Assembly (NCBI GenBank): GCA_965248195.1 | Contig: CBDFIQ010000002.1 | Span: 2,784,001-2,848,000 of the forward strand | Source of the DNA: Longimicrobiales bacterium | GTDB taxonomy: Bacteria; Gemmatimonadota; Gemmatimonadetes; Longimicrobiales; Gaopeijiaceae | Direction of reading: 5' to 3' | Length of the DNA stretch: 64,000 bases | Shown here: in pieces, positions 31,260 to 41,572 of the stretch | How the letters are laid out: each line of letters begins with the position of its first letter | How positions within the stretch are numbered: the first letter of the stretch is position 1 | Made by a program: the position numbers and the translations under genes | The notes under the pieces: model-generated | What the model was told of the DNA's origin: nothing | The model's database searches: none | Seen by the model: only the letters and a program-made list of their open reading frames with translations

Positions 31260-33530
31260 CTACCGTGTCAGCTCGAAGAGACGGCTGTACTTGATCACGA
31301 GCTGCCGCTGCCTGGGGCCGGCCAGAATACCCGTTCGCACGAACTGTCCCAGGTGCTCGGTGTCGTTGTACACGATGAACAGACCGGTGCCCGCGGTGTC
31401 GAGCCATCCGACTCGGATGTTGGTGCCGAGGTTCTCTGTGTCGTCGTTGTACTGGAGGTTCGCCTGCACGTACAGACGCGGGGTGAAGGAGTACGAGGCG
31501 TTGAGCGCGTAGACTGCCGTCGTGAAGCTGCCCTCGTCGAGGCGCACGTCGAAGTAATCGCCTTGCAGTGACACGGTGAAGCGATCCTCGAACCGGTACT
31601 GCACCGTCGCGTTGGGTCCGAAGCGGGTTCCTGAGAAGAAGCCGCCCCACTCCCATCCAGCCGCGATCGAGAGGGGCGCCGCGCGGTTGGTGTTTGCACG
31701 GAATTGCCAGTCGTAGTTGTTGTAGCTCCCTGCGGGGATCACGATGCCCGGGCGAATCTCGAAGCCCTCCTCGAGTCCTTCTCCGGTGAAGTTGAAACCA
31801 GGCAGCTGGAAGAAGGCGCCATTCTCGAAGGCGAAGTGACTGTCTACGTGAACGAGGTAGGACTCACTGAAGCCGTCGAGCGACCAGAACTGGTTCCAGT
31901 TGATGTGCGGCCGAAATTCTCGGAACCAGGGTACGTCGTCTGTTCGAAGATGCCGCAGCACACGAGCGTTTACGTGCCGGTACTCACGGCGATTCACGAA
32001 TCCGACCTCCGGGTTGAAGTCGCTCCCGATCTGCCGGTAGCCCGCGGACATCTGCCAGTCACGCGTCACAAAACTCGAACTTCCGTTGAACCCGTATTCG
32101 CCATTGTTGAATCCGGTCCGCGAGTCGGGCACACCGGCGGGGACCGGCGTCGTCGTCAGGCTCATCCAGCCGTCGAACGTCAGCGCTTGGCCGACGCCGA
32201 GCCGGCCATCCAGACCGTAGGTCATGTTGTAGTCGTTGGTGTCGCTCGTATTGAGACGCGACACGAGGATCCCACCGACCTGGGTCCGATTGCCCAGCTC
32301 CTGATAGAGCCGAACAACCCCGAAGTTGTTCGTCGGAGCGACCTGTTCCGGCAGTCCAGTTTCTGAGTCGAGCGCGCTGAGATCATCCGTCTGGATGTTC
32401 AGCACGCCTACCTGAAGACCTCCGACCTTGCCGGAGAGCCTGGCACCGGCCTGAATAGGGACCTCTATCCCCGACGCAAGTCCGATGCGGCGGCTGAAGA
32501 AGAGCTCGGCGGACCGGCTCGAACCGACAGAGAAGGTCCCGGCATTCTCCAGGAAGAACGCCCTCTTCTCGGGAAAGAAGAGCGAGAAGCGGGTGAGGTT
32601 CACCTGCTGGTCATCGACCTCCACCTGCGCAAAATCGGTGTTCACCGTCAGGTCGAGTGTCAGGCTCTGGTTGATGCCCACCTTGGCGTCGCCGCCGATC
32701 CGACTGCCGAAGTCCGCGTCCGGTACGGCGACGGTGTAGTCCTTGAACGCGTCTCCGAGCACGTACGGACTGACCGTCACGATCCGTTTGGTCGGAGCCT
32801 GGAGGGCGAGCGTCCCCGCCATCGAAACGCGGTAGAGGTTGAACTGGCGAGGGATCGGCGCCCAGACCGACTGCTCGCTATTCCGCCGAATGTTCCTCTC
32901 GAAGTTGATGCCCCACGTCTGCTCACCGCCCTCACCGTACCGGAGCGTCGAAAAGGGGATTCGCATCTCGGCGTACCAGCCACGCTCGTCAGTGGACGTG
33001 GCGACCTCCCAGCTTCCGTCCCAGTTCAGATTGAAGCCGCCGCCCGACCCCCTCTGCTGACGCCCGCCGCCACCGCGGCCGCCGCTGCCCTGGCCCTCGT
33101 TCGAGATCTGCCCGTCGTATTCGATGCCCGCTGGCGTTGTACCGAAGACGAAGCCGTTCTGACGATCGAGGTACGTGTCGATCACCATCACGAATGCGTC
33201 CGACTCATTCACCGACGCGTCGCGGAGCGTCTGGCCCACGACCAAGGACGAGGCATCGGCGTCGAACATCCACGCCCCGACGTAAAGCGCCCCGTCGTCG
33301 TATACGAGGCGCACCTCGGTCCGCTCCGAAACGGGCTGGCCTTCCATTGGCTCGCGCTGAACGAAGTTTGTCAGCACCTCAGCGCCGGCCCATGCACCGT
33401 CATCCAGACGTCCGTCGATGGTTGGAGCGACCGGAACCTGGACCGCGATCGCCTTCGGCGATTGTTGGGCTTGTAGACGGCCCCCGATCACAAGGATCGT
33501 GATCGGCACAATCCAGCGCACATGTAACAT
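31260..33530 (-). CDS. CBM9-like plus DUF5916 protein, tandem paralog
   Basis: PTIDGRLDD, GWYAEMRIPFSTLRY, NTDFAQVEVD, NLTRFSLFFPEKRAFFLE, FFSRRIG. Confidence 0.85.
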   Translation of the reverse strand: MLHVRWIVPITILVIGGRLQAQQSPKAIAVQVPVAPTIDGRLDDGAWAGAEVLTNFVQREPMEGQPVSERTEVRLVYDDGALYVGAWMFDADASSLVVGQTLRDASVNESDAFVMVIDTYLDRQNGFVFGTTPAGIEYDGQISNEGQGSGGRGGGGRQQRGSGGGFNLNWDGSWEVATSTDERGWYAEMRIPFSTLRYGEGGEQTWGINFERNIRRNSEQSVWAPIPRQFNLYRVSMAGTLALQAPTKRIVTVSPYVLGDAFKDYTVAVPDADFGSRIGGDAKVGINQSLTLDLTVNTDFAQVEVDDQQVNLTRFSLFFPEKRAFFLENAGTFSVGSSRSAELFFSRRIGLASGIEVPIQAGARLSGKVGGLQVGVLNIQTDDLSALDSETGLPEQVAPTNNFGVVRLYQELGNRTQVGGILVSRLNTSDTNDYNMTYGLDGRLGVGQALTFDGWMSLTTTPVPAGVPDSRTGFNNGEYGFNGSSSFVTRDWQMSAGYRQIGSDFNPEVGFVNRREYRHVNARVLRHLRTDDVPWFREFRPHINWNQFWSLDGFSESYLVHVDSHFAFENGAFFQLPGFNFTGEGLEEGFEIRPGIVIPAGSYNNYDWQFRANTNRAAPLSIAAGWEWGGFFSGTRFGPNATVQYRFEDRFTVSLQGDYFDVRLDEGSFTTAVYALNASYSFTPRLYVQANLQYNDDTENLGTNIRVGWLDTAGTGLFIVYNDTEHLGQFVRTGILAGPRQRQLVIKYSRLFELTR

Positions 33531-33793
33531 GAAACCTCACGAACTGGCTGGCGAATCGCGCTGAGGAGCGCAAGGAAGGCCTAGTCTGCCTGATAACCTC
33601 CACTCCGACAAGAGCGCGACGTTCGACCGTAGCGACGCGCCGCCGAGCCCGGAGCATCGCCAACTCCGCCTCAGAGTATGCCTCCACCGAGCATTCCAAG
33701 AGCCAATCTCAGGCATTTGCCCGACCCGAGCCCCCTCCGTAGCTTGCGCTGGGGTCACGGACACGACACGCCAACGATGGGGAGGTACCCACC

Positions 33794-34510
33794 ATGAAGC
33801 TCTCTAGACGAGATGCGATTCGAGTCTCCGGGACGACGGTAGCTGGCCTGTCCATGGGGGTGGTCAGCGCAAAGGACATGCTGGGGCAAGCCCCATCCCA
33901 GCAGGCGTGGCCGGACAATCTCGTGGAGGGGACGCTGCGCCAACGGGCCGAGCTTCCGCTCAACCCGGATGGGTCCGCCCCCGAGCACCCGCCCGAGGAC
34001 GCGGGAGAGATCACGGGCGCCATCTGGCGCTACACGGGCGGAGAGGCCCCCGAGATCGACTACGATTACCGGAACCTGGAGATCAGGCTCGACTCTCGCG
34101 GGCTCGCGCGATTGGGAGGGACCCTTCGGTTCAGCGATCTCGAGGACCTGCCTCGTAATTCATATACGACCCTGCTCCAGTGTGGAGCGCCGCAACCCAC
34201 CGGGATCGTGAAGTGGACCGGCGTACGATTCAGCGACTTCGCGGAGATGATCGGCGTGCAGCGGCCCGCACACTACTGCCGGTTGATTTCGCATGACGGC
34301 TATTGGATCGACGAAGAGATGCCCACCATGATGCATCCACAGGTGATGCTGGTATGGCTGATGAACGACCAGCCGCTCGCCCCGATCAACGGTGCGCCGA
34401 TTCGGCTCGTGATCCCGTTCCGCTACGGGGCACGCAGCATCAAGGCGATCTCGGAGATCACCTTCGGCTCTCCCGGGCTTCCGATGCGAGAGCCACCCAC
34501 GAGAGGCTGA
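33794..34510 (+). CDS. Tat-exported molybdopterin oxidoreductase, sulfite oxidase/MsrP-like
   Basis: SRRDAIR twin-arginine signal; LQC (Mo ligand), WTGV, GAPIRLVIPFRYGARSIKAI. Confidence 0.85.
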   Translation: MKLSRRDAIRVSGTTVAGLSMGVVSAKDMLGQAPSQQAWPDNLVEGTLRQRAELPLNPDGSAPEHPPEDAGEITGAIWRYTGGEAPEIDYDYRNLEIRLDSRGLARLGGTLRFSDLEDLPRNSYTTLLQCGAPQPTGIVKWTGVRFSDFAEMIGVQRPAHYCRLISHDGYWIDEEMPTMMHPQVMLVWLMNDQPLAPINGAPIRLVIPFRYGARSIKAISEITFGSPGLPMREPPTRG

Positions 34511-34673
34511 GCCGTCACACCTGGATAGTATTATTCATTGGAGGGGCCACAAGAGGTTCTCTTCCTTGCCGTGAGCGCACATCCTACTTAACTATCGAGA
34601 ACCGTTGAATCAGGTGCGGTCACTCCGTTCCCCCGTGGGTGGGCGCCCACCGTACCCCGCCGGAGGTCCCGAA

Positions 34674-36026
34674 ATGCGAGCCACGACCGGTCCACTTCTC
34701 CTGACTTCATTGGCGATCACGGCTCTGGCCGTCATCGGCCCATCCACAGCTGGTGCGTTGGCCGCGCAGCAAACGCTCGCTGTGACGGCGGCGGACCGGT
34801 CCCCGTCCCGAACGCACGAGACTCCGACCTTCTATGCGGACGTTCTGCCCGTCCTCCAGGAGAACTGCCAGACGTGTCACCGGGATGCCGGTGCGAACAT
34901 GGGAGGCCAGATCGCACCGTGGCCGTTGGTCACCTACGAGGACGCGCGCCGACGGGCCCCCAGGATGGCGACAGCCGTGCGGGAAGGCCGGATGCCCCCC
35001 TGGTCCGCCGCTGATTGGCACAAGGGAACGTTCAAGAACGAGCGAGTCCTCGAAGACGAGGAGAAGGCGACGATTATCGCATGGGCCGAGGGAGGCACCC
35101 TCGCAGGAGATCCAGCGGACGCGCCGCCCATGCCCGAGTTCCTGAAGGGGGCCCTGGCCAATGCAAGCGAATGGACGCTCGGAGAGCCCGATCTGATCAT
35201 GCGGTTCGATGAGCCGTACTGCGTGGACGACGACCTCAGGGATATCTACGTCGACATCCCCGTTCAGATCACCGAGGACATGCTTCCCGAAGACCGCTGG
35301 ATCAAGTCGATCGAGTATCGTAACGGACCGGCGGTTCACCACATCATTTCCGCCGTCGGGGGCCTGGTTCCCGGAGCCGCACCCCGTGTTTACGAGGATG
35401 GCTATAGCCGGCTGATGCGAGCAGGGCCGAGAGAGGTCATGTTCAACATGCATTTTAACAAGGAGCCGGGACCCGGTACCGCACTGTGCACCAACATCCA
35501 GGCGGGAATCACCTTCAAGGAGCCGGGCGAGGTGATCCGGTTCGTCACCGGCGGGAACGGTCTCTTCATACGCCCCATCTTGATCCCGGCCGGGGCCGAG
35601 AGCTACTCCGCATCCCGGGAATATGAATTCGAAGAAGACGTCGAGATCCTCAGCTTCATGCCGCATATGCACCTGCGCGGCAAGGCGGCCCAGTACGAGA
35701 TCACCTATCCGGACGGGCGACACGAGACTCTTCTCCACGTCCCCAAATACATCTTCAACTGGCAGCACACATACAAGTTCAAGGAGCCGGTCTTCGCGCC
35801 CGCGGGCTCGACGCTCAGGTTCACGCTCTGGTGGGACAACTCGGAGAATAACCCCCACAACCCCGACCCGACCGTATACGTGGAGTGGGGTCGGCCCACC
35901 CACGCAGAGATGTCTCAGGGTTACATGAGCTTCCAGACGATGGAGGAGCGCCACATCGTGGTGGGCGAGGAGATCCCGGACGATGTGAGGATAGCCGAAT
36001 CGGGAGACGACTCGAACGGCAACTAA
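34674..36026 (+). CDS. Cytochrome c domain fused to a copper type II (PHM-like) monooxygenase, copy 2
   Basis: CQTCH, MPPW, VHH, MHF, PHMHLRGK, YIFNWQ, AEMSQ. Confidence 0.82.
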   Translation: MRATTGPLLLTSLAITALAVIGPSTAGALAAQQTLAVTAADRSPSRTHETPTFYADVLPVLQENCQTCHRDAGANMGGQIAPWPLVTYEDARRRAPRMATAVREGRMPPWSAADWHKGTFKNERVLEDEEKATIIAWAEGGTLAGDPADAPPMPEFLKGALANASEWTLGEPDLIMRFDEPYCVDDDLRDIYVDIPVQITEDMLPEDRWIKSIEYRNGPAVHHIISAVGGLVPGAAPRVYEDGYSRLMRAGPREVMFNMHFNKEPGPGTALCTNIQAGITFKEPGEVIRFVTGGNGLFIRPILIPAGAESYSASREYEFEEDVEILSFMPHMHLRGKAAQYEITYPDGRHETLLHVPKYIFNWQHTYKFKEPVFAPAGSTLRFTLWWDNSENNPHNPDPTVYVEWGRPTHAEMSQGYMSFQTMEERHIVVGEEIPDDVRIAESGDDSNGN

Positions 36027-36066
36027 GCTGTAGCGGCGCGGGGCAGTTCCGCTGTCCTAGGCCTTC

Positions 36067-36930
36067 CTAGGGACTGGTCACGTAGCGTGAGAACTTCTCG
36101 CGGTCGGACTCGGCCTCTTCGCCATAGATGAACCCGCGATAGCGTTCATCCCCATCGAGATAGAGTTTCAGCCAGGCAATGCCGTAACGGCCGATGGTTG
36201 CCAGATCCGGTCCGCACGTAGAGTCCGCGATGTAGTGATCGCCGCCGTCGACCTCCATGTAGACTTTGGTCGTCGATTCGGGAATCGATAGGAAGTGTGG
36301 CCAGGCGTGATCAGCCACCGGTGTGACCCGGTCCGCCGAACCAGCCATGATCAGAGTCGGAGCGGTGATCCGGTCGAACACACCTTCCGGCTGGTAGGGA
36401 GTGAACGGGATCGCCGCCTGAATCTCGTCCCCGTGTTCGTTGGCCGCGATCAGGGTGCCGCCGCCACCCATGGAATGGCCCATGATCGCCATTTTCCCGG
36501 CGTCGACGCGACCGCGTAGGGGGCTTCCATCGCGGTTGTTCTCGGCCTTCAGGATCCTCACGGCAGCGATCAACGCGTCGGCCCTGACTTCGGGGCGATC
36601 CCTCGGCTCATTCGTATCCAGCACCAGCACCGCGTAGCCATGGGAGGCCAGGCGAGGCCCCCACCAGTCGATGTGGCGCTGTTCTTCAGTGAAGCCTGGC
36701 GCGATCGCCACGCCGCCCGTCGGTGCCGGGGCATCGAGGGGATAATAGATCGTCGCCTCCGCAAATTCCCGCGCATCCGGAAAGTCGGTGTAGGTCCTCA
36801 CTTCATAGACCCCGTCTCCGGACAGCGAAGCGATGCTCGGTGCGGGGCCTTGGGCAACTCCCGGGCCAGAGGTGGCGCAGGAGACGAGGAGTACCGCGAG
36901 GGTCGGTAGCAGACTTCTGCCCAAGCTCAC
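36067..36930 (-). CDS. Cutinase/polyester hydrolase (PETase-like) alpha/beta hydrolase, probable lipoprotein
   Basis: [73 protein letters not shown] lipobox. Confidence 0.88.
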   Translation of the reverse strand: MSLGRSLLPTLAVLLVSCATSGPGVAQGPAPSIASLSGDGVYEVRTYTDFPDAREFAEATIYYPLDAPAPTGGVAIAPGFTEEQRHIDWWGPRLASHGYAVLVLDTNEPRDRPEVRADALIAAVRILKAENNRDGSPLRGRVDAGKMAIMGHSMGGGGTLIAANEHGDEIQAAIPFTPYQPEGVFDRITAPTLIMAGSADRVTPVADHAWPHFLSIPESTTKVYMEVDGGDHYIADSTCGPDLATIGRYGIAWLKLYLDGDERYRGFIYGEEAESDREKFSRYVTSP

Positions 36931-38854
36931 GGACTGGTGGGTAGCGCCAGGCCGATCAATCCGGATTCTTCCCCTGCGCCGTAGGCCATCACGATGAATT
37001 GTCTGCCTTCGGCCATATAAGTCATCGGGGTCCCGCTGGGTGTCACCGGGAGTTCGATCGAGTGCACGACCTCGCCGGTCCCCTTGTCGAACGCCCGTAG
37101 GACGGGAGGCTCCCCGGTGCCGCGACCACCGCTGTGGCCCAGGAACAGCAGATTCGGAGTCAGCAGGGGACCCGTATAGCCGCCGCCACCCACGGGACCG
37201 GGATCGGGTATGCCGAGATCGATCAGCCGCTGGCGGATCCCATTGCCATGAGGAACCATCCAGGCACGTTCTCCGCTATTGAGGTCGTACGCGGTCACGC
37301 GAGCGTACGGTGGCTTGAGCAGGGGAAGACCTCGCGGGCCTGCGGCAGAGCGTTCCCCACCCCGCCTGTACCGGAAATCTGAGCTTTCGGGATCGGCCTC
37401 CACGATCTGAACCACCATGGGGCCCGTGCGCGAGGGCACGTAGAGATACCCGGTCTGGGGATCGAACGCCGCGCCTTGCCAGTTCGCCCCCCCTCCCCAC
37501 CCCGGGACGTTGATCGTCCCGCGCTCTGACGGCGGAGAAAAGAGAGGGCCGTAGTCGAGTTCGGACAGGATGGCTTCGGCCTCGGCCCTCAGCTCGGGTG
37601 TGAAGTCGATCAGGTCGTCGATCGTGACTCCCTGCCGCTCGAAGGCTGGGGGTTTCGTCGGGAACGGCTGCGTGGGGGAGACACGCTCTCCAGGAACCGT
37701 CGACGGTGGCACCGGGCGCTCCTCGATGGGCCAGACGGGCTCTCCCGTTACACGATCGAACACGTAGACGAACCCCTGCTTGGTGACCTGTGCGACGGCC
37801 TTGATGGGCTGGCCATCCACGGTGATGTCGACCAGCGTGGGCGCCGCCGGGATGTCGTAGTCCCACAATCCGTGGTGCACGAGCTGATAGTGCCAGACTC
37901 ACTCACCCGTCGCGGCATCCACAGCGACGAGGCTCTCGGCAAACAGGTTGTCCCCTAAACGATGCCCGCCGTACCAGTCGTTGGTCGGTGTGCCTATGGG
38001 CAGGTAGACGTATCCGAGCTCGAGGTCGGCGCTCATGATGGACCACACGTTCGTGTTGCCGGTGTAGGTCCAGGAATCATCCTCCCACGTCTCCATGCCG
38101 TACTCGTCCTTCTCGGGGACCGTGTTGAAGCGCCACCGTTCCTCACCGGTACGTACATCGAAAGCCCGAACGTCACCTGGGGGGGCGGTCATGTACCGTG
38201 CGCCGTCGGAGATCGATGACCCCACGACGACGACCTCACCCACCACGAGCGGGGGCGACATGACCTGGTACGATCGCCTTGGGACGGCGCGGCGCAGGCG
38301 CTCGGTCAGATCGATCCTGCCATTCGTGCCGAAGTCGCCCACCGGGCGCCCGGTCCACGCATCGAGCGCCCACAGGTGTGAGTCGCCCGTGGCGACGAAG
38401 ATGCGCTCCGCCTCACCGTCCGACCAATAAGCGACGCCCCGAGAGTTGAAGCCGAGGTTGGTTGGGCGCCCCACCTCCCAGCTCCCAGGATCGAATTCCC
38501 AGAGCTGCTCGCCGGTGGCTGCTACGATCGCCGCAACCATACTCAGGGAGGTCCGTACGTAGAGCACCCCGTGGACCATGATCGGGGTAGCCTTGAAATT
38601 CCCGACCTCCAGGTCGTGCTCGGAAGCACCGCGGCGTCCGACGTCGTCCACTGCCATACGACCCGCAACTGCTCGACGTTGTCAGCGTCAATCTGGTCGA
38701 GTGGTGCGTACTTCGTGCTGCCGGCGTCCCCTCCATAGGCCGGCCAGGCGCCTTCGGGCGCGCCCTGCTGGGCGCGGAGCACGGCCGCCGGTGCGAGAAC
38801 CGCCACTAAGACCGCCGCCACACTCATCGTCACCGCTGGTCTCACCGTTGCCAC
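36927..38854 (-). pseudogene. PQQ-dependent (glucose/quinate-type) dehydrogenase with a frameshift (about 38624) and an in-frame TGA (37899-37901)
   Basis: WPAYGGD…[69 protein letters not shown]. Confidence 0.85.
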
Positions 38855-39017
38855 ATATCTCCGCTGAAGTTGGGCGTCATCATAGGGCCCGCCATTCCGA
38901 ATCGGAAGATCGGGTGGCTCGCCAGGGCTTTGCTGCGGGAATGAAAAGCATTTAACCTAGGTGCCGGCGGCCCAACCCGTGGGTCGAGCTGGACTTGGCT
39001 GTACTCGGAGCGGGAAG

Positions 39018-39470
39018 ATGACGATGCGCGCATCAGCGATGGTCCTCCTAGCCGGCGCCGCACTTGCCCAAGCACTGCCGGCGCAGCAGCAGCCTCTGCC
39101 GGACTCGGTTCAGGGCCCACAGCCGGTCGGAACGATGAGTGAGCTCATGGTTCACCTCATTTACCCAACCTCGGACGCCATCTTCTATATCCTCACGCGA
39201 ACCCCGACAAGCACTGCGGAATGGGGCGAACTCGAGGGCAAAGCCCTCATGGTGGCGGAGTCGGCCAACCTGCTGATGATGCCGAGCCGAGCCCGTGGAC
39301 GCGAACAGTGGATCATGGACGCCCGGTTGCTACTCGATGTGGGTGAGGCGGCGCTCCGGGCGGCACAAGACAGGGACGTCGAGGCACTCAGCGAGTTGAA
39401 CGAACAACTCTATCAGTCGTGCATAACCTGCCACCAGCACTTCCGGCCCGGCTATGGAGCGCGACAGTGA
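39018..39470 (+). CDS. Cytochrome c'-like exported helical protein, copy 1
   Basis: Signal peptide; C-terminal CITCH; MSELM…P.SD and AESANLLMMP. Confidence 0.75.
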   Translation: MTMRASAMVLLAGAALAQALPAQQQPLPDSVQGPQPVGTMSELMVHLIYPTSDAIFYILTRTPTSTAEWGELEGKALMVAESANLLMMPSRARGREQWIMDARLLLDVGEAALRAAQDRDVEALSELNEQLYQSCITCHQHFRPGYGARQ

Positions 39471-39539
39471 TCGTGGCGGTTCCTGTGCTGGAGTTTTGGC
39501 CTGGTGCGAAACATCGCGGAGCCAATTAGCTTGCCGCTC

Positions 39540-40019
39540 ATGAAATCAAAACGATACCAATGGCTCGTGCTGCCCATCCTCCTTTTCGGCTGCTCACCCG
39601 ACGCCGGCGGGCCGCCCTTCACACTGGTCGCAGATCTCCCGGACCTGATGACTACGGTCGTGGACCCGGCGGCCGACGTCTATTGGGACGCAGTGGGGTG
39701 GATCATCGACGCGAGCGGCACGACGGAAATCCGACCCGAGTCCCCAGAGGAGTGGGAGGCGGTGCGTAACGCCGCGTACCAGGTCGCCGAGTCCGGCAAC
39801 CTCATGATGATGGAGGGCCGCGCGGTGGACGAGCCGGAGTGGAGGGGTTTCTCGCAGGCGCTGATCACCGTTGGACGGCGAGCGATCGAGGCCGCGGAGG
39901 CCCGAGACGAACAGGGTGTCTTCGACGTGGGCGCCGAGATCTACGCCGTCTGTACGGGCTGCCACTCCATATATGCGGTCGAGACGCTGCGGCCGGGCAC
40001 CCGCACCGAGGGCGACTGA
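39540..40019 (+). CDS. Cytochrome c'-like lipoprotein, copy 2
   Basis: LFGC lipobox; C-terminal CTGCH; AESGNLMMM. Confidence 0.75.
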   Translation: MKSKRYQWLVLPILLFGCSPDAGGPPFTLVADLPDLMTTVVDPAADVYWDAVGWIIDASGTTEIRPESPEEWEAVRNAAYQVAESGNLMMMEGRAVDEPEWRGFSQALITVGRRAIEAAEARDEQGVFDVGAEIYAVCTGCHSIYAVETLRPGTRTEGD

Positions 40020-40022
40020 GGC

Positions 40023-40295
40023 TTAGTACGGCCAGCCATAGTACGGCCAGCCGAATCCCTCCGAGATCGTCCGCATGATCGTCCATGCGAGAAAAATGCC
40101 CGCAAAGCCCACTCCGAACACCAGAGCGAGGCGGCTGAAAGGTCTGTCTCCCACCTTCCCTGCGAGTTCGCCCTTCGCCCCCTCCCCCTCGGACTCGCTG
40201 AGGCCGCTGTCTTCCACAGATCCCTCCCGGCATGTGTTCTCCGCAACATACGCGGGTGTTGCGCCGTGAGCATCCCCGAGATCACCCCTCGTCAC
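40023..40295 (-). CDS. Possible small membrane protein
   Basis: One clear TM segment (LALVFGVGFAGIFLAW) and an aromatic tail; start uncertain. Confidence 0.35.
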   Translation of the reverse strand: MTRGDLGDAHGATPAYVAENTCREGSVEDSGLSESEGEGAKGELAGKVGDRPFSRLALVFGVGFAGIFLAWTIMRTISEGFGWPYYGWPY

Positions 40296-40467
40296 GTCCC
40301 AAGATGATCAGATATGGTCACATTGATCAAGACGGAGCGCTGGTCGATTCCACTTCACCGGACCCATAAGCTCGAGTCGTCGAGCGGCTATTGACAACCA
40401 CCGACGCCGCCGGTTTGTTGGAGGCGCTCCAACGCCTGTCCACTCTGTCTTCTTCGAAAGGTGTGCT

Positions 40468-40974
40468 ATGCGATTCTTCGGCACCGCTCTTGTACTGTTG
40501 CTCGCCGCGTGCGCGGGCACGGGCACGGCCGGGGTGCCGGACCCCGAGCCGATGGGCAACCTCGCGCAGGTGATGCGCGGGATCCTGTTTCCTAATTCGA
40601 ACATCCTCTTCGACGTCCAGTCGATCGATCCCGACGATCCGCCGCCAGTGGCCGCAGGGGGAGGTGCCACGGCGACCTTCTCCGGCATCTACGCGGGGTG
40701 GCAGGTGGTCGAGAACGCGGCGATCGCCTTGGGGGAGGCGGCCAACCTCATCACGATTCCCGGACGCTTGTGCGAGAACGGTCGACCGGTGCCGTTGGGA
40801 CAGGCCGATTGGGCCGTGTTCACCGAGGGGCTGAAGGACGCGGCCGACGTCATGCTGGTCGCGGCGCGGGCCAGGGATCGAGAAGCCGCGAGCGACGCCA
40901 CCAACGACCTCGCAGAAGCGTGTTATGTCTGCCACGAGGTGTATCGCGATGCGGCACCACGCTGCACGCCTTGA
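40468..40974 (+). CDS. Cytochrome c'-like lipoprotein, copy 3
   Basis: LAAC lipobox; C-terminal CYVCHEVYR; GEAANLITIPGR. Confidence 0.78.
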   Translation: MRFFGTALVLLLAACAGTGTAGVPDPEPMGNLAQVMRGILFPNSNILFDVQSIDPDDPPPVAAGGGATATFSGIYAGWQVVENAAIALGEAANLITIPGRLCENGRPVPLGQADWAVFTEGLKDAADVMLVAARARDREAASDATNDLAEACYVCHEVYRDAAPRCTP

Positions 40975-41059
40975 CCGTTTGCCTAACGTCTGACATCAGC
41001 CTGGTAGTCGGTGCTCGAACCGGCGGCGCTGGGCCACACCTCGCCTTGTGGATGAGCCC

Positions 41060-41560
41060 ATGAGTCTGCGTAGCTGGTTCGAGTGGATGGACGCATTCCC
41101 AAGCAGCATCGCCATGCGCGAGTCGCTCTACGCCTTCCCGGTCTTGCTGACGATTCACCTCATCTCGCTGGCGATGTTTGCCGGGCTCGTCGTGATGATG
41201 GACCTACGACTCCTCGGCGTGGCGTACCGAGGCACTTCATTCTCTGAGGTCCAGGCGCGGCTCTTTCCGTGGCAGATGGTGGGTATGGTGCTAACCTCCC
41301 TCGCCGGACTTCTGCTCTTCTACGCCCAGCCGATGCGTTACTTCGGGAGGGTGCTCTACTGGATCAAGATGGCGTTGATGGTGCTGGCTGGCGTGAACGC
41401 ACTCGTCTTTCACCTGACGACCTATCGCTCGGTCGCCGAGTGGGATACCGCCGGCCCGCCTCTCGGAGCGAAGGTGGCGGGCGGGCTGTCCCTGGCCCTG
41501 TGGGCCGGTATCGTGACCTTCGGCCGATTGACGGCCTACGACTGGTGGACCTTCGAGTAG
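41060..41560 (+). CDS. DUF6644-like four-TM membrane protein
   Basis: MRES..AFP..TIH, DLRLLG, GLLLF, WIKM, final GR motif. Confidence 0.75.
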   Translation: MSLRSWFEWMDAFPSSIAMRESLYAFPVLLTIHLISLAMFAGLVVMMDLRLLGVAYRGTSFSEVQARLFPWQMVGMVLTSLAGLLLFYAQPMRYFGRVLYWIKMALMVLAGVNALVFHLTTYRSVAEWDTAGPPLGAKVAGGLSLALWAGIVTFGRLTAYDWWTFE

Positions 41561-41572
41561 GCCTCCGATCTC

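Noticed and set aside
37899..37901. Selenocysteine recoding of the in-frame TGA
   Set aside because: The homologous position is a basic residue in a propeller motif, not Cys, and no convincing SECIS was seen.
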